Position numbers and translations under genes: made by a program. From an uncultured bacterium (GTDB lineage Bacteria > Abyssobacteria > SURF-5): DNA of 64,000 nucleotides. Position 1 is the stretch's first letter. Each line of letters opens with the position of its first letter. The stretch lies in NCBI GenBank assembly GCA_964607485.1, contig CAZSKP010000013.1:55799-119798 (forward strand), read 5' to 3'. The notes under the pieces are model-generated. The model was not told the DNA's origin. It saw nothing but the letters and a program-made list of their open reading frames with translations, and made no database searches. Positions 1 through 9,667 of the stretch are shown here, one piece after another.

Positions 1-1
1 T

Positions 2-175
2 CCGCCCGTCGAGTTTGACAGGAAAATGTTGGAGACGCTGAGCGCATCTGCGGAGCCCGACATGAACAAGGAAGGCATCTATTTTTGGGTGAAAAAGGAT
101 AGCCGGGAGTCAAGATCTGTGCAGATCGACGGGGAAACAAAGAAAGAGCTCGAATCTCTCGGCTATTTGAACTGA
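2..175 (+). CDS. 3' end of a gene truncated by the window edge; C-terminus resembles sulfatase/alkaline-phosphatase-superfamily tails
   Basis: Open frame from nt 2 ending ...VQIDGETKKELESLGYLN* (TGA 173-175); an L..LGY terminal motif is typical of sulfatase-like proteins. Confidence 0.5.
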   Translation, partial: PPVEFDRKMLETLSASAEPDMNKEGIYFWVKKDSRESRSVQIDGETKKELESLGYLN

Positions 176-203
176 AGATTTCGGTTCCGCCGGACGGTAC
201 GCC

Positions 204-1919
204 TCAATTATCCTCCTGCCCGAAGTTGCACTTATATACTACCAGCAGGTCCGAGCCGACTATGGTGTTATCGTCGATGCTGAAACCGTGCACCGGTTGA
301 AAATAGTCTTTTTGGCTCACGATCAGCGGAAACCATTTCGGAAATACTATCAAATAGTCCGGCCGGGTCTTCTTGATATACTCGAAGATACCCCTCTGGC
401 CTCGCTTGAGGTAGGGCCATGCGTCGGGATTGACAAGGCCGAGGATATCGATGACCTCCCTGTCTGAGAAACAGGCGATCGCGCCCACATCGTGAATAGC
501 CAGCCTGGCGTCTGGCGGCACGTTCCTATCGAGCCATTTCCCTGCCGCCACATTCATCTCGTTGACGTTTTTCACATTCATCGCATAGGTCAGCGAGTTT
601 CCCCATTGCTTAAAGGCCATCGTTCCCAACACCAGCGCCATCAGCAGCAGGGCCGCGTATTTCGAGCGCCTCCCGTGCCTTCCGATCGTCCCCACGCCCA
701 GAGAGCATACGAACGCCCACACCACCAGCAGGTTGGTGAAATACCTTCCCTGCGCTCCATATACATAGGTTGTGCCGAAAACCGCTACGTTTTGCACGCT
801 TACGACAAGAGGGTATCCGAAGGCCACGAGCGGAATGATGCCGAGACCGGGACGTACGTCCGAGGGAGAAAACGTGGCTTTGAATAGGCGGTACAATCCA
901 AACGGCAGCAGCACAGCCAGAAGCCAGCCGGTGCTGCGGCAAAAGAAGAGGAAGAGGTGAAGATTATACTCGAGCCATGCGGTGAAATAGAACCAGGCCG
1001 CCCCAGCCGCCCCATCGGTGGGCAGCTTCCCCTCGTTCAGCTTCAGCCAGAAGATATTCTTCGCATAGTACGTATTCGGAAACAAGTGCCCCGAAGTGGC
1101 GTAGTTGAACGCAAAGAAGGGGGAGGTCAGCAGGCAGAATACGAGCCCGTGCAGCGCCACGTTTGCCGCCGTCCGGGCAAGCGGGCGCCGGCCTCTGACG
1201 GCGAACCACAGGTAGTCGAGTGTCGAAAAGCCGAACAGAAGGAAACATTCCGGTCGTGCAAGGGCGGCGAGCGCGAAAATCAGCGTCGGGGCGTACTGCC
1301 TCAGGCCGCTTTCTCTCCTCAGGAGCATGTGATAATAGATTCCCATGACCGTCAACAGCACGAAGAGCGGCACGCCCATCCCGGACATACTTCCCCACGT
1401 GAGAAACGGAAGGAAGGCGGGCACTATCGACGCGAACGCGGATACGACGCCGTTGCCGGTGATGAGAAACGCCAGCTTGAATGAATAGAAACATGACAGC
1501 ACTAACGTGACCAGCCCCAGCGCGTACGCCGCCGCTATCGGCTGCTTCACGAAAAGAAGGACAAACGCCAGCAGAACCGTCCAAAGAGGCTCGGTCGAAA
1601 CTGCGGCATACACCCCCTTGTTGAACGAAAAACCATACCCATGGCGGATGTTCTGCGCTATCCTGACATGGATCCATGAGTCATCGAGCGGGAAGCCCAA
1701 TTGCCTGCCGACGGTGAGTTCACGAAACAGGTAGAGGCCAAAAAAGGATAAAACGGCCAAAAGGATTAGCGGCACGGCCCAGACCAAGGCTCTCTGACGT
1801 GTTTCCATCGGGACAGGTTCTCGCAAGACCTTTTCCAATAAGGGATTTGACAACCGTACTAATTTATCAGAAAAGCCGGTGGCTTTCAACGAAAAAGGAG
1901 TAAGGGACGAGAACACCAT
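204..1919 (-). CDS. Polytopic membrane glycosyltransferase, GT-C-like
   Basis: 571 aa, many TM segments, GFPLDDSWIH acidic motif after TM1, ARPE motif, soluble C-terminal domain; start uncertain. Confidence 0.7.
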   Translation of the reverse strand: MVFSSLTPFSLKATGFSDKLVRLSNPLLEKVLREPVPMETRQRALVWAVPLILLAVLSFFGLYLFRELTVGRQLGFPLDDSWIHVRIAQNIRHGYGFSFNKGVYAAVSTEPLWTVLLAFVLLFVKQPIAAAYALGLVTLVLSCFYSFKLAFLITGNGVVSAFASIVPAFLPFLTWGSMSGMGVPLFVLLTVMGIYYHMLLRRESGLRQYAPTLIFALAALARPECFLLFGFSTLDYLWFAVRGRRPLARTAANVALHGLVFCLLTSPFFAFNYATSGHLFPNTYYAKNIFWLKLNEGKLPTDGAAGAAWFYFTAWLEYNLHLFLFFCRSTGWLLAVLLPFGLYRLFKATFSPSDVRPGLGIIPLVAFGYPLVVSVQNVAVFGTTYVYGAQGRYFTNLLVVWAFVCSLGVGTIGRHGRRSKYAALLLMALVLGTMAFKQWGNSLTYAMNVKNVNEMNVAAGKWLDRNVPPDARLAIHDVGAIACFSDREVIDILGLVNPDAWPYLKRGQRGIFEYIKKTRPDYLIVFPKWFPLIVSQKDYFQPVHGFSIDDNTIVGSDLLVVYKCNFGQEDN

Positions 1920-2081
1920 TCCCCCTTTTCCCTCGTCTCTTTTGGCGCCTTTGCCCCGCCCTCCTTTCAGGGGAAGTGATCGAGCCTGTACTCAAGGACA
2001 CCGAGTATTTCGCCGATAAGTTATTTCGGATGAAGGCGTTGCATGCTCAATATGGTTTCTTTAGCCATGCGCAAAATTTCC

Positions 2082-2110
2082 TTGACAAATCCAAATTCGT
2101 GTGGTATATT
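2082..2110 (+). promoter_or_regulatory. sigma70 promoter upstream of cspA
   Basis: TTGACA-17 nt-TATATT with extended -10 TG. Confidence 0.75.
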
Positions 2111-2170
2111 CTAGCTAAATTGCGGGACGATGGGTTCAGGTTTTATGATTTTGCAACAAATGTGGTAAAT

Positions 2171-2210
2171 AAATCCGCAGAATGAGAGGGGAATTCTGCG
2201 GATTTTCTTT
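2171..2210 (+). terminator. Terminator-like hairpin within the cspA leader
   Basis: 13-bp perfect stem AAATCCGCAGAAT/ATTCTGCGGATTT, 9-nt loop, followed by TCTTT. Confidence 0.5.
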
Positions 2211-2260
2211 ATTGTGCCCTCGTACCGCGCGATGGGTCAGTACCGAGGAGGTAAGAGTTC

Positions 2261-2467
2261 ATGGCACCGGTAGGAATGGTCAAGTGGTTCGACAACAAAA
2301 AGGGCTTTGGCTTCATCAAGCGGGAGGAGGGCGACGACGTTTTTGTTCATTACACTGCGATAAAGGGAGAGGGTTTCAAGACTCTCAACCAGGATGAGAA
2401 GGTAAGCTTCGACATTATTGAAGGTCCGAAGGGCCTTCAAGCGGCTAATGTCTTGAAGGTAGAGTAA
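2261..2467 (+). CDS. cspA: Cold-shock protein
   Basis: 68 aa, VKWF..KGFGFI (RNP1) and DVFVHY (RNP2); GAGGAGG RBS. Confidence 0.95.
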   Translation: MAPVGMVKWFDNKKGFGFIKREEGDDVFVHYTAIKGEGFKTLNQDEKVSFDIIEGPKGLQAANVLKVE

Positions 2468-2495
2468 CCACAGGATTCTTAAAGATATGCGGACG

Positions 2496-2530
2496 AGGCG
2501 GATATGCGTGAAACAGGTATCCGCCTTTTC
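2496..2530 (+). terminator. Intrinsic terminator after cspA
   Basis: AGGCGGATA/TATCCGCCT stem followed by TTTC. Confidence 0.6.
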
Positions 2531-2662
2531 TCTCTAGCGCGTGCCCCAAGGGTTTTTTCATTGTATCAGGGGTGGAAGGACAAACCCGAGGGGTGAGTGG
2601 GCGGTTGTGGGTGCCCACGGCATAAGCTGGCAAGCGGCTCGACGAAGGGGATTGCGCCGGAT

Positions 2663-2893
2663 TCATTCCTCGTTGTAACTTTGGCAGCGCGGACACTGCG
2701 AAATATCTTCCTCTCCCGTTCCCAGGTACATGTATCCGCAGTAGTTACACCGCCATTTCTTCTGTGTGGTTCCGAACCCTCCCAGACTTCCGCTGTGAGC
2801 GTTGAATTCTATCCACATCCATATCCCGACCAGGAACGCGAGGATTACGCCCATGTATGCGGAAATGGCTATATAGAAATTCACATGAAACAT
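2663..2893 (-). CDS. Small membrane-anchored zinc-ribbon protein
   Basis: 76 aa, N-terminal TM helix, CNYC...CPRC; 7 nt after upstream gene. Confidence 0.75.
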   Translation of the reverse strand: MFHVNFYIAISAYMGVILAFLVGIWMWIEFNAHSGSLGGFGTTQKKWRCNYCGYMYLGTGEEDISQCPRCQSYNEE

Positions 2894-2900
2894 TTGTTTC

Positions 2901-3365
2901 TCAGTCGCTTCCGAATACCTCCGGGAAGCCCGGGCCGAGGGCGAAATCGGCTATCGGCATGACCTTCGATTCCGCCGGCGGGCGCGAAAATGCTCCTTCG
3001 GGCGGTCCGGCATAGGCCTTGCTGGCGAGGCCTGCGACGTCGATTCGGGGAACGAGGGTATCCTTGGGTGAGAAGGAGGGAATATCGGGCGACCCGAACT
3101 GGGTCCACTTCTCGATATCGGCATCAAAGCTCTTCAACACTCCCTCGGCAGAAAAGGCCGGCTCGGCCCTCGGGGGCGTCGGCCAGGCCGCCTTGCTCTG
3201 GACAATCTCCCCTTCGCCGCCGCCGCGTGTCCTGAGCGTGAGCGAGAGCTCCTTGACGGGAGGCAGCGAAAAGCTGGGGATCACCTGTGCGAACAACAGG
3301 GCGAAAGCCACGTGCATGACGACTGAGAAGAGAACGAATATCGTGATTTTTCCCGGGTACAGCAA
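2901..3365 (-). CDS. Short TonB/TolA-like energy-transducer lacking a recognisable TonB_C domain
   Basis: N-terminal TM with SxxxH (SVVMH), Pro-rich remainder, directly downstream of exbD. Confidence 0.55.
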   Translation of the reverse strand: MLYPGKITIFVLFSVVMHVAFALLFAQVIPSFSLPPVKELSLTLRTRGGGEGEIVQSKAAWPTPPRAEPAFSAEGVLKSFDADIEKWTQFGSPDIPSFSPKDTLVPRIDVAGLASKAYAGPPEGAFSRPPAESKVMPIADFALGPGFPEVFGSD

Positions 3366-3378
3366 ATCGGTGTCTCCG

Positions 3379-3789
3379 CTATTGAGGTTCGGTGGCGATG
3401 CCGAGCGACTCTACCCCGACGCTCTTCGCTATCCCCATTACCTCCACCAGCTTGCCGGTTTCGACCCGTTTATCGGGCTTTATCAACACGATTTTTTTCT
3501 TTGATTTCGTTAACCTTTCCAAAAGCGCTATCGGCAGTTGGGCCGAGGTCATCTTTTCATCGCCCAAGAATATTTCGTTGTTGCGCGTTATCGTTATCAC
3601 GATGTCCTGTTCGTCCTGCAGTTTGGGCACTCTGGCCTTGGGGAGGTCGACCCGTACGCCGGTTTGAAGCACAAAGCTCGAAGAGAGCATGAAGAATATC
3701 AGCAACTGCAGCACGCAATCTATGAGCGGCGTCATGTTGAGCGTCACCGTGAGCTTCTGGTGCGTAACCGACTTTTTCCTAAACTGCAT
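3379..3789 (-). CDS. exbD: ExbD/TolR family protein
   Basis: LNMTPLIDCVLQLLIFFM with the conserved TM Asp; VDLPKA. Confidence 0.9.
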   Translation of the reverse strand: MQFRKKSVTHQKLTVTLNMTPLIDCVLQLLIFFMLSSSFVLQTGVRVDLPKARVPKLQDEQDIVITITRNNEIFLGDEKMTSAQLPIALLERLTKSKKKIVLIKPDKRVETGKLVEVMGIAKSVGVESLGIATEPQ

Positions 3790-4408
3790 AGGTTCTTTCC
3801 TTCTCCGAAAGAATGTCGAGCAGCTCCGACGAGAGGATTTCCATTTCCCAGACCATGTTGTCGACCTGCGTCACGAAATAGTTGTAAGCGACGAGGGTCG
3901 GGATAGCCACGATCAGCCCCCACACGGTGGTCAGAAGCGCCGTCCCTATTCCGCCGGCGAGGTCGCCCGGCGTGACCGCGCCGCCGTGGGTCTGTATCAC
4001 CATGAAGGCCTCGGTCATGCCGACGACAGTTCCCAGCAAACCGAGCAGAGGCGCAACGTTGGCGATGGTCGCGAGCACGCTCAGGTAACGCTCTAGGCTT
4101 GGGATTACCAGGAGGCCGGCGTCCTCGACGGCCTCACGAATCTCGGCGCGCGGCCTTCCCTTCTTCAGCAGCCCGGCCTTGAGTATGAAGGCCAGCGGTC
4201 CGCCAGTCTCCTCGCAGAGAATGATGGCTTCGGAGATGCGATTGTGCTTCAGTATCTCACGGATGTTGTCCATCAAGTCTTTGGAATACGCTCGCGCCCG
4301 TCGGAGGCTGAAAAAGCGCTCCAGAATGAGCGATACCGAGATCAACGAACAGGCAAAGATGGGAATCATGAGCCAACCGCCGCCCGTGATGATGTTTATC
4401 TGAGACAT
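3779..4408 (-). CDS. exbB: MotA/TolQ/ExbB proton channel protein
   Basis: APLLGLLGTVVGM, GIGTALLTT..GL.VAIP; start moved to ATG 4408 behind GGAGG. Confidence 0.9.
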   Translation of the reverse strand: MSQINIITGGGWLMIPIFACSLISVSLILERFFSLRRARAYSKDLMDNIREILKHNRISEAIILCEETGGPLAFILKAGLLKKGRPRAEIREAVEDAGLLVIPSLERYLSVLATIANVAPLLGLLGTVVGMTEAFMVIQTHGGAVTPGDLAGGIGTALLTTVWGLIVAIPTLVAYNYFVTQVDNMVWEMEILSSELLDILSEKERTYAV

Positions 4409-4475
4409 TCTTTCCTCCCGTTCTCTTGGACTTCCAAAAGCCGTTACTGAGGAGCCGTCGCTCAAGAACCGCGGC

Positions 4476-7415
4476 TCAAGGCACGGCGACTTTCCGCTTC
4501 TCTGTTTCCAATCTCTTGATAGCCCTCAGGGCGACCATACCCGCGGCGTCGTCGCTGTACGTGTCGGCGACCGTGGAGTACATCAGACGAGCCTCGGCCG
4601 TCTGTCCATCGCGCTCGAGCAATCGCGCCACCTGGAGCTGGACGCGCTCGGCCCACCCGGCCGGGAACCCGCCTCGCGCAATGCCGATGAGTTCGGCGAT
4701 GGCCTCGCCGCCCCGATCGAGTTCAGCGAGGCACTCCGCGATGGCAAAGCGCGACCTGGCCGCCAACTCGGTCGTCTCGCCCCCCGCGGCCGCCCTGTAC
4801 TGCTCGATCGCCTCGTCGAATCTGCCCGCTCGCTGGAGCGCTTTTCCCCTATCATACAGCACGAGGGGTCGCAAGGGCGACTCGACATTGCCTTCGATGA
4901 ACCGCTCAAACTCGCGGGCCGCATCGTCCGCTCTGCCGGCCTCGATCATGCATTCCGCGGCCTCTATCCTGGCCTGTTCGATGAGGGGGCTTTTGGGAAA
5001 GCGCTGGCCCAACAGTTGAAATATCTCTATGGCCCTCGGGTAATCCGACGATCTGCAGGCCGCTCTGGCTGCGAAAAAGAGCGCGTCGTCGGCCAGCGTC
5101 GACGTAGGATACGTCTCACTTAGACCGAGCAGATTGTTCACCGCGCTTTCCCATCGGCCTGAGGCGTAGTCCAGTCTGCCCTGCCAGAAACGCGCCTGCT
5201 CTGCCATGGGGCTCTGAGGGAACTCCTCGAGCAACCTGCCGAACGCCTCGGCTGCCGCGTCCTGGTTCGCCACGCTCATCTCCGCGCAGGCTGTGCCGTA
5301 GAGCGCATCTGCGCGAACGCGAGGCCCGCGGCCCGACGCCAACGCCTCTCTGTAAAGCGCGAGCGCGTTTTCCGGATGATTCAACTTTTCCTCGCACACG
5401 CCCGCCCATATCATCGCGTCCGGTGCGAGCGGATTTTCCGGGAAGCGCTGGAAGAATTTTTCGAATTCCGGTTCGGCGACTTTTGGGAATCCTTGTTTGT
5501 AATGAGCGGCGGCGGCAAAAAACTGAGCCGAATCGCCAAGGTGAGAGTGGGGAAAGCTGGAGGAAAACCGCCCGAAGAGTTCTCCCGCTCCGGAGTAATT
5601 CCCTCGCTCAAACTCGGCCCATCCGTATGCGAAGGCCGCCCTGTCGGCGAGTTTGAATCCAGGGTTGTTGTATAACAGAAGGCGAAATTGTTCGGCTGCG
5701 TCGGCGAAGTCTCCCCTCTTCATTTGAGACAGCCCGAGAAAATATCTGGCGGGCGTCGCGGTCGGATAGCGGCGGATTACCTCCTCGAGAAAGGAGGAGG
5801 CGTCTCCGTATCTGCCCAGGCTCAAGTTTGCCAGGCCGCTCTGGTACAGGGCCGATATCGCCATCGCATCATTCGGCCATTTCTTAAGAAACGCCTCGTG
5901 GGAACTCGCCGCCTCGGCCAGCTTTCCGGCTCTCAGAAGCGAGTTGCCCCTCATGTAGCCGGCCAGCGGAAGCAAAATTTCCGGCCTGCCTCTTTTGATA
6001 AAGCGGTCGAATTTTTCGCTGGCCCGCGCAAACTGCGATTCCCGGAACAGGCAAAGGCCCTCGTAGTAGGTTATCTGCGGCCACCTGTCCAAGGTTCGTT
6101 CATCCGTCGAGAGCTGCGTCAAAACGAGACGGGCCTCGCCGAACTGTTGTGCCAGAATGAGCGAGCCCGCCAGGGCGAAAAGGAGGTCGGGCGAGCGCTT
6201 GGAGGAAGCCCTCGTGTCGAGAAACGAGCGCAGTGTTTCCGCCGCGACGGTCGGCTGGTCGAGATTCAGCAAGCACGCAGTGCGCAGAAGAGCCGACGAC
6301 TCATCCAGAGGATCGCAACTGGTTTCTCGGATGATTGTCGAAAGTCGAGCCGCGGCGCCGGCAAAATCGCCCAGCCCTGCCTGTGCGAGCGCCAGCTGGT
6401 AAGAAACGGAGCATCTCTCCGCTCTGTTACCCGCTTCTTCGAACAGTTTCTGAAAGACGTTTTCGGCTCTTTTGTAATCGCCGGCTCTGAGGTAACAGTT
6501 GCCCAGCGTCAGCCTCGCTGTCCTCGCCGTCTCCCGCTGAGGCTTTTTCGTCAGCAGTTTTTCCAAGACGGCTATCGACTCTTTTGGCTGCCCCGTTTCC
6601 GCCAAAAGAAGCCCCGCCCTCAGCAGCGCCTCTTCTCCCAAAGACGATGGAATATCGCCGGTGCCGGCCCGCAGGTAGTGTTGTATGGCCGCCCGCCTGT
6701 CGGCTGTGTCGAAGTAATCGGCAGCGAGGAGGAACTCGGCATTGCCTCGGAGCAGACTATTAGGGAATTCCTTGAGAAACCTCTGTCGTGCTTCTATCGC
6801 ATCGGCATACCTGCCCAACCGTTCCAGGCACCAAGCGGCCGAATCGAGCGCATTCTCTCTGAGGCCGTGGCGGGGATATTCGTCGAGAAATGCATTGAAT
6901 CGCGCGAGCGCGCCCGAGTAATCTCCTCGCCGGTAGAGACATTCTCCCAACCAGTAGAGCGCGTCGGCGAGAATCTCGCTCTCCGGGTACGAGTCGGGGA
7001 TCGCTTCAAGGGTCCGGGCAGCTCTGTAGTAATCGAGCATGCCGCATTGCGCCATGGCCAATCCGTATGCGGCCATGTCGGCGTGCTCCCATTCGGGATG
7101 CTCGTCGATGATTTCCGAAAACGCCGCGACTGCTCCAGGATAGTCGGCGCGCCTGTAGAGTATCTGGCCCAGCAGATACTTCGCCTTCAGCAATCTGCGC
7201 CCACCCCTATGACTATCAATAAATTCCTCGAGCAGACTCTGCGCTTCGAGCAGGTTTCCCGACGCGACGGCCGCGCCTGCCCGCCGGAACTCCGCCTCCT
7301 CGTCCGCCGATGCGAAGCGGGACAGAGCCGCGAGCAGACACATTGCGATAATCGAGGCGAGCAGAAGCGGAAGCACAGCCAGCTTGCTGTCCATTTTGCA
7401 AGCAAGAAGTTTCAT
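4476..7415 (-). CDS. Large exported tetratricopeptide-repeat protein (CpoB/BamD-like repeats)
   Basis: Signal peptide then many TPRs with YP.S..A..A motifs; start at ATG 7415 behind GGAGG (the longer ORF overlaps argB). Confidence 0.85.
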   Translation of the reverse strand: MKLLACKMDSKLAVLPLLLASIIAMCLLAALSRFASADEEAEFRRAGAAVASGNLLEAQSLLEEFIDSHRGGRRLLKAKYLLGQILYRRADYPGAVAAFSEIIDEHPEWEHADMAAYGLAMAQCGMLDYYRAARTLEAIPDSYPESEILADALYWLGECLYRRGDYSGALARFNAFLDEYPRHGLRENALDSAAWCLERLGRYADAIEARQRFLKEFPNSLLRGNAEFLLAADYFDTADRRAAIQHYLRAGTGDIPSSLGEEALLRAGLLLAETGQPKESIAVLEKLLTKKPQRETARTARLTLGNCYLRAGDYKRAENVFQKLFEEAGNRAERCSVSYQLALAQAGLGDFAGAAARLSTIIRETSCDPLDESSALLRTACLLNLDQPTVAAETLRSFLDTRASSKRSPDLLFALAGSLILAQQFGEARLVLTQLSTDERTLDRWPQITYYEGLCLFRESQFARASEKFDRFIKRGRPEILLPLAGYMRGNSLLRAGKLAEAASSHEAFLKKWPNDAMAISALYQSGLANLSLGRYGDASSFLEEVIRRYPTATPARYFLGLSQMKRGDFADAAEQFRLLLYNNPGFKLADRAAFAYGWAEFERGNYSGAGELFGRFSSSFPHSHLGDSAQFFAAAAHYKQGFPKVAEPEFEKFFQRFPENPLAPDAMIWAGVCEEKLNHPENALALYREALASGRGPRVRADALYGTACAEMSVANQDAAAEAFGRLLEEFPQSPMAEQARFWQGRLDYASGRWESAVNNLLGLSETYPTSTLADDALFFAARAACRSSDYPRAIEIFQLLGQRFPKSPLIEQARIEAAECMIEAGRADDAAREFERFIEGNVESPLRPLVLYDRGKALQRAGRFDEAIEQYRAAAGGETTELAARSRFAIAECLAELDRGGEAIAELIGIARGGFPAGWAERVQLQVARLLERDGQTAEARLMYSTVADTYSDDAAGMVALRAIKRLETEKRKVAVP

Positions 7416-7549
7416 CCGGATTGCCTCCGACGGTTTTCGCCGGAAATCGTTCGAAATGGCGGCCTGCAAGTGGCGCCAGCCCTGACAGCAGATTGGCCGC
7501 TGCCGTGCACCGAGGGCCTTGCGCTGTGGGCGGACGGGATGAATTTCCT

Positions 7550-8419
7550 CTAAGGGATTATCTGAGTTCCGATACCCTTGTCGGTGAATATTTCCAGCAA
7601 CAGCGCGTGAAGTATCCGGCCGTCGATTATGTGCGTCTTGCTCACGCCCTCTTTCAGGGCGCACTCGCACGCCTCCACCTTCGGTATCATGCCGCCTTCG
7701 ATCACGCCGGTGTCTATCAATTCCTTGATCTCGGACAGTCTCACCGTGGATATGAGAGTCGATTCGTCTCCCTGTTTTCTGAGGATTCCCGGAGTGTCCG
7801 TGAGCAGGACGAGTTTTTCGGCCTTCAGCGCCGCCGCCGTCTCACCCGCCACGGAATCGGCGTTGATGTTGTAGGTTTCCCCGTTCTCGCCGACCCCGAT
7901 GGGCGCGACGACGACGATGTAGCCATCGTGCGCCAGAGACCTTATCAGGTCGGGGTTTATTTCGGTCACCTTGCCGACGAACCCCATGTCCACCCCCGAT
8001 GCGTCCTCCGGGTACAACTTCGTCGAGCGGATGAGGTTGCCGTCTTTTCCCGATATGCCCACCGCCTTGCCGCCCGCCTGATTTATCAGTGTGACGACCT
8101 CCTTGTTGATTCGGCCCACGAGCACCATCTCCACAATGTCCTTGGTCTCGTCGTCGGTCACCCGCATGCCCTTATGGAAAACCGGTTTCTTGCCCATCTT
8201 CGCCATGACGTCGGAGATCGCCTTGCCGCCCCCGTGAACGACGACGGGGTTCATGCCCACATATTTCATCAGCACGATGTCGCTGGCGGTCGTCTGCCTG
8301 ATATGTTCGCCTTCCATCGAGCTTCCGCCGTACTTGATGACGACGGTTTTCCCGTAGAATTTCCGGAAGTAGGGAAGGGCCTCGCTCAGGATGTTCGCTT
8401 TCTCGATGTATTCTTCCAT
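7550..8419 (-). CDS. argB: Acetylglutamate kinase
   Basis: VVIKYGG, VVVHGGG, YNINAD, GGMIPKV. Confidence 0.97.
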   Translation of the reverse strand: MEEYIEKANILSEALPYFRKFYGKTVVIKYGGSSMEGEHIRQTTASDIVLMKYVGMNPVVVHGGGKAISDVMAKMGKKPVFHKGMRVTDDETKDIVEMVLVGRINKEVVTLINQAGGKAVGISGKDGNLIRSTKLYPEDASGVDMGFVGKVTEINPDLIRSLAHDGYIVVVAPIGVGENGETYNINADSVAGETAAALKAEKLVLLTDTPGILRKQGDESTLISTVRLSEIKELIDTGVIEGGMIPKVEACECALKEGVSKTHIIDGRILHALLLEIFTDKGIGTQIIP

Positions 8420-8444
8420 CTCCGCATCCTTTCCTGTGCCGAGC

Positions 8445-9656
8445 TCAGGTGCGATAGGAGGCGTTTATCTTCACATAATCATAGGAGAGGTCGCAGGTGA
8501 GCACGGCCGCCGATTCGCTGCCCGAGTGGAGGTCAACCATGAGGCTCACTTCCTTCTGCGAAAGAAGTTCCTTGGCCTGTTCCTCGTCAAAGCTTTGCGG
8601 GCAGCCGGCCTTCAGGAGCGTCAGTCCGGCCATATGCACGTCGATAAGCCCGATGTCTATCTCGACGCCCGCCCTGCCTGCGGCCGCGACGATGCGGCCC
8701 CAGTTTGCGTCGTTCCCGAATATCGCCGTCTTTACCAACAGCGAGTTCGCTATCGTCTTGGCAATTTTTTGGGCATCCGTCTTTTCGGCAGCCCCGACGA
8801 CCTCTATTCGAACCAGCTTGGTCGCGCCCTCGGCGTCGCGAACGATCATTTCCGCCAGTTTCGCGCACACGTGTTGAAGGGCCGAATGGAATGCCTGGTA
8901 GTCGTCCGAAAACTCATCGATGGACGGCGTGTCAGAGGCGCCGTTCGCCATAGCGAGCACCGTGTCGTTTGTGCTTGTGTCACCGTCCACCGTGATCGAG
9001 TTGAATGACGACTCGGCCGCGACCTGAAGCGCACGCAAGAGGAACGCGATTTCGATCTTGGCGTCCGTTGTTATGAAGGCAAGCATGGTGGCCATGTCGG
9101 GGCAAATCATCCCCGCGCCCTTGGCCATTCCGCCGATGACGATTTCCCCTCTCGAGAGAGGCACTTTCACCGCCGCAGTCTTTGGAAATGTGTCGGTCGT
9201 CATTATCGCACGTGCCGCATCTTCGCTTCCCTCGCGGCTCAGAGAGGATGTCAGCTTCTTTATACCCGCGACTATCCTGTCAATTGGGAGATTCTGGCCT
9301 ATGACGCCGGTGGATGCGACCGCCACCTCGTACGGCGGTATGCCGAGGCACTTCGCCGCTGCCTCGGCCATCGCCTCCGCGTCGCGCATGCCCTGCTCGC
9401 CGGTGACGGCGTTGGCATTTCCGCTGTTTGCAACTATGGCGCGCGCAGCGCCTGCCTCCACCACTTTTTGCGAATAGAGAACTGGCGCGGCCTTCACAAA
9501 ATTCTTTGTGAACAGGCCCGTCAGTATTGCGGGCTGCTCGGAGAAAATTATCGCCAAGTCGGATGCGTCGTCTTTTTTGACTCCGCAGTGCAGTCCGCCC
9601 GCAAGAAATCCCACGGGCGCGGTCACGCCGCCCGGAATTTCAATCAGTTCCGGCAT
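8445..9656 (-). CDS. argJ: Ornithine acetyltransferase
   Basis: KGAGMICPDMATML autoproteolysis site, DGDTSTND, INASYRT. Confidence 0.97.
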   Translation of the reverse strand: MPELIEIPGGVTAPVGFLAGGLHCGVKKDDASDLAIIFSEQPAILTGLFTKNFVKAAPVLYSQKVVEAGAARAIVANSGNANAVTGEQGMRDAEAMAEAAAKCLGIPPYEVAVASTGVIGQNLPIDRIVAGIKKLTSSLSREGSEDAARAIMTTDTFPKTAAVKVPLSRGEIVIGGMAKGAGMICPDMATMLAFITTDAKIEIAFLLRALQVAAESSFNSITVDGDTSTNDTVLAMANGASDTPSIDEFSDDYQAFHSALQHVCAKLAEMIVRDAEGATKLVRIEVVGAAEKTDAQKIAKTIANSLLVKTAIFGNDANWGRIVAAAGRAGVEIDIGLIDVHMAGLTLLKAGCPQSFDEEQAKELLSQKEVSLMVDLHSGSESAAVLTCDLSYDYVKINASYRT

Positions 9657-9667
9657 GAAGTGGCCCC

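Noticed and set aside
2540-2660. G-rich intergenic stretch as an ncRNA
   Set aside because: No recognisable RNA family motif or compelling fold
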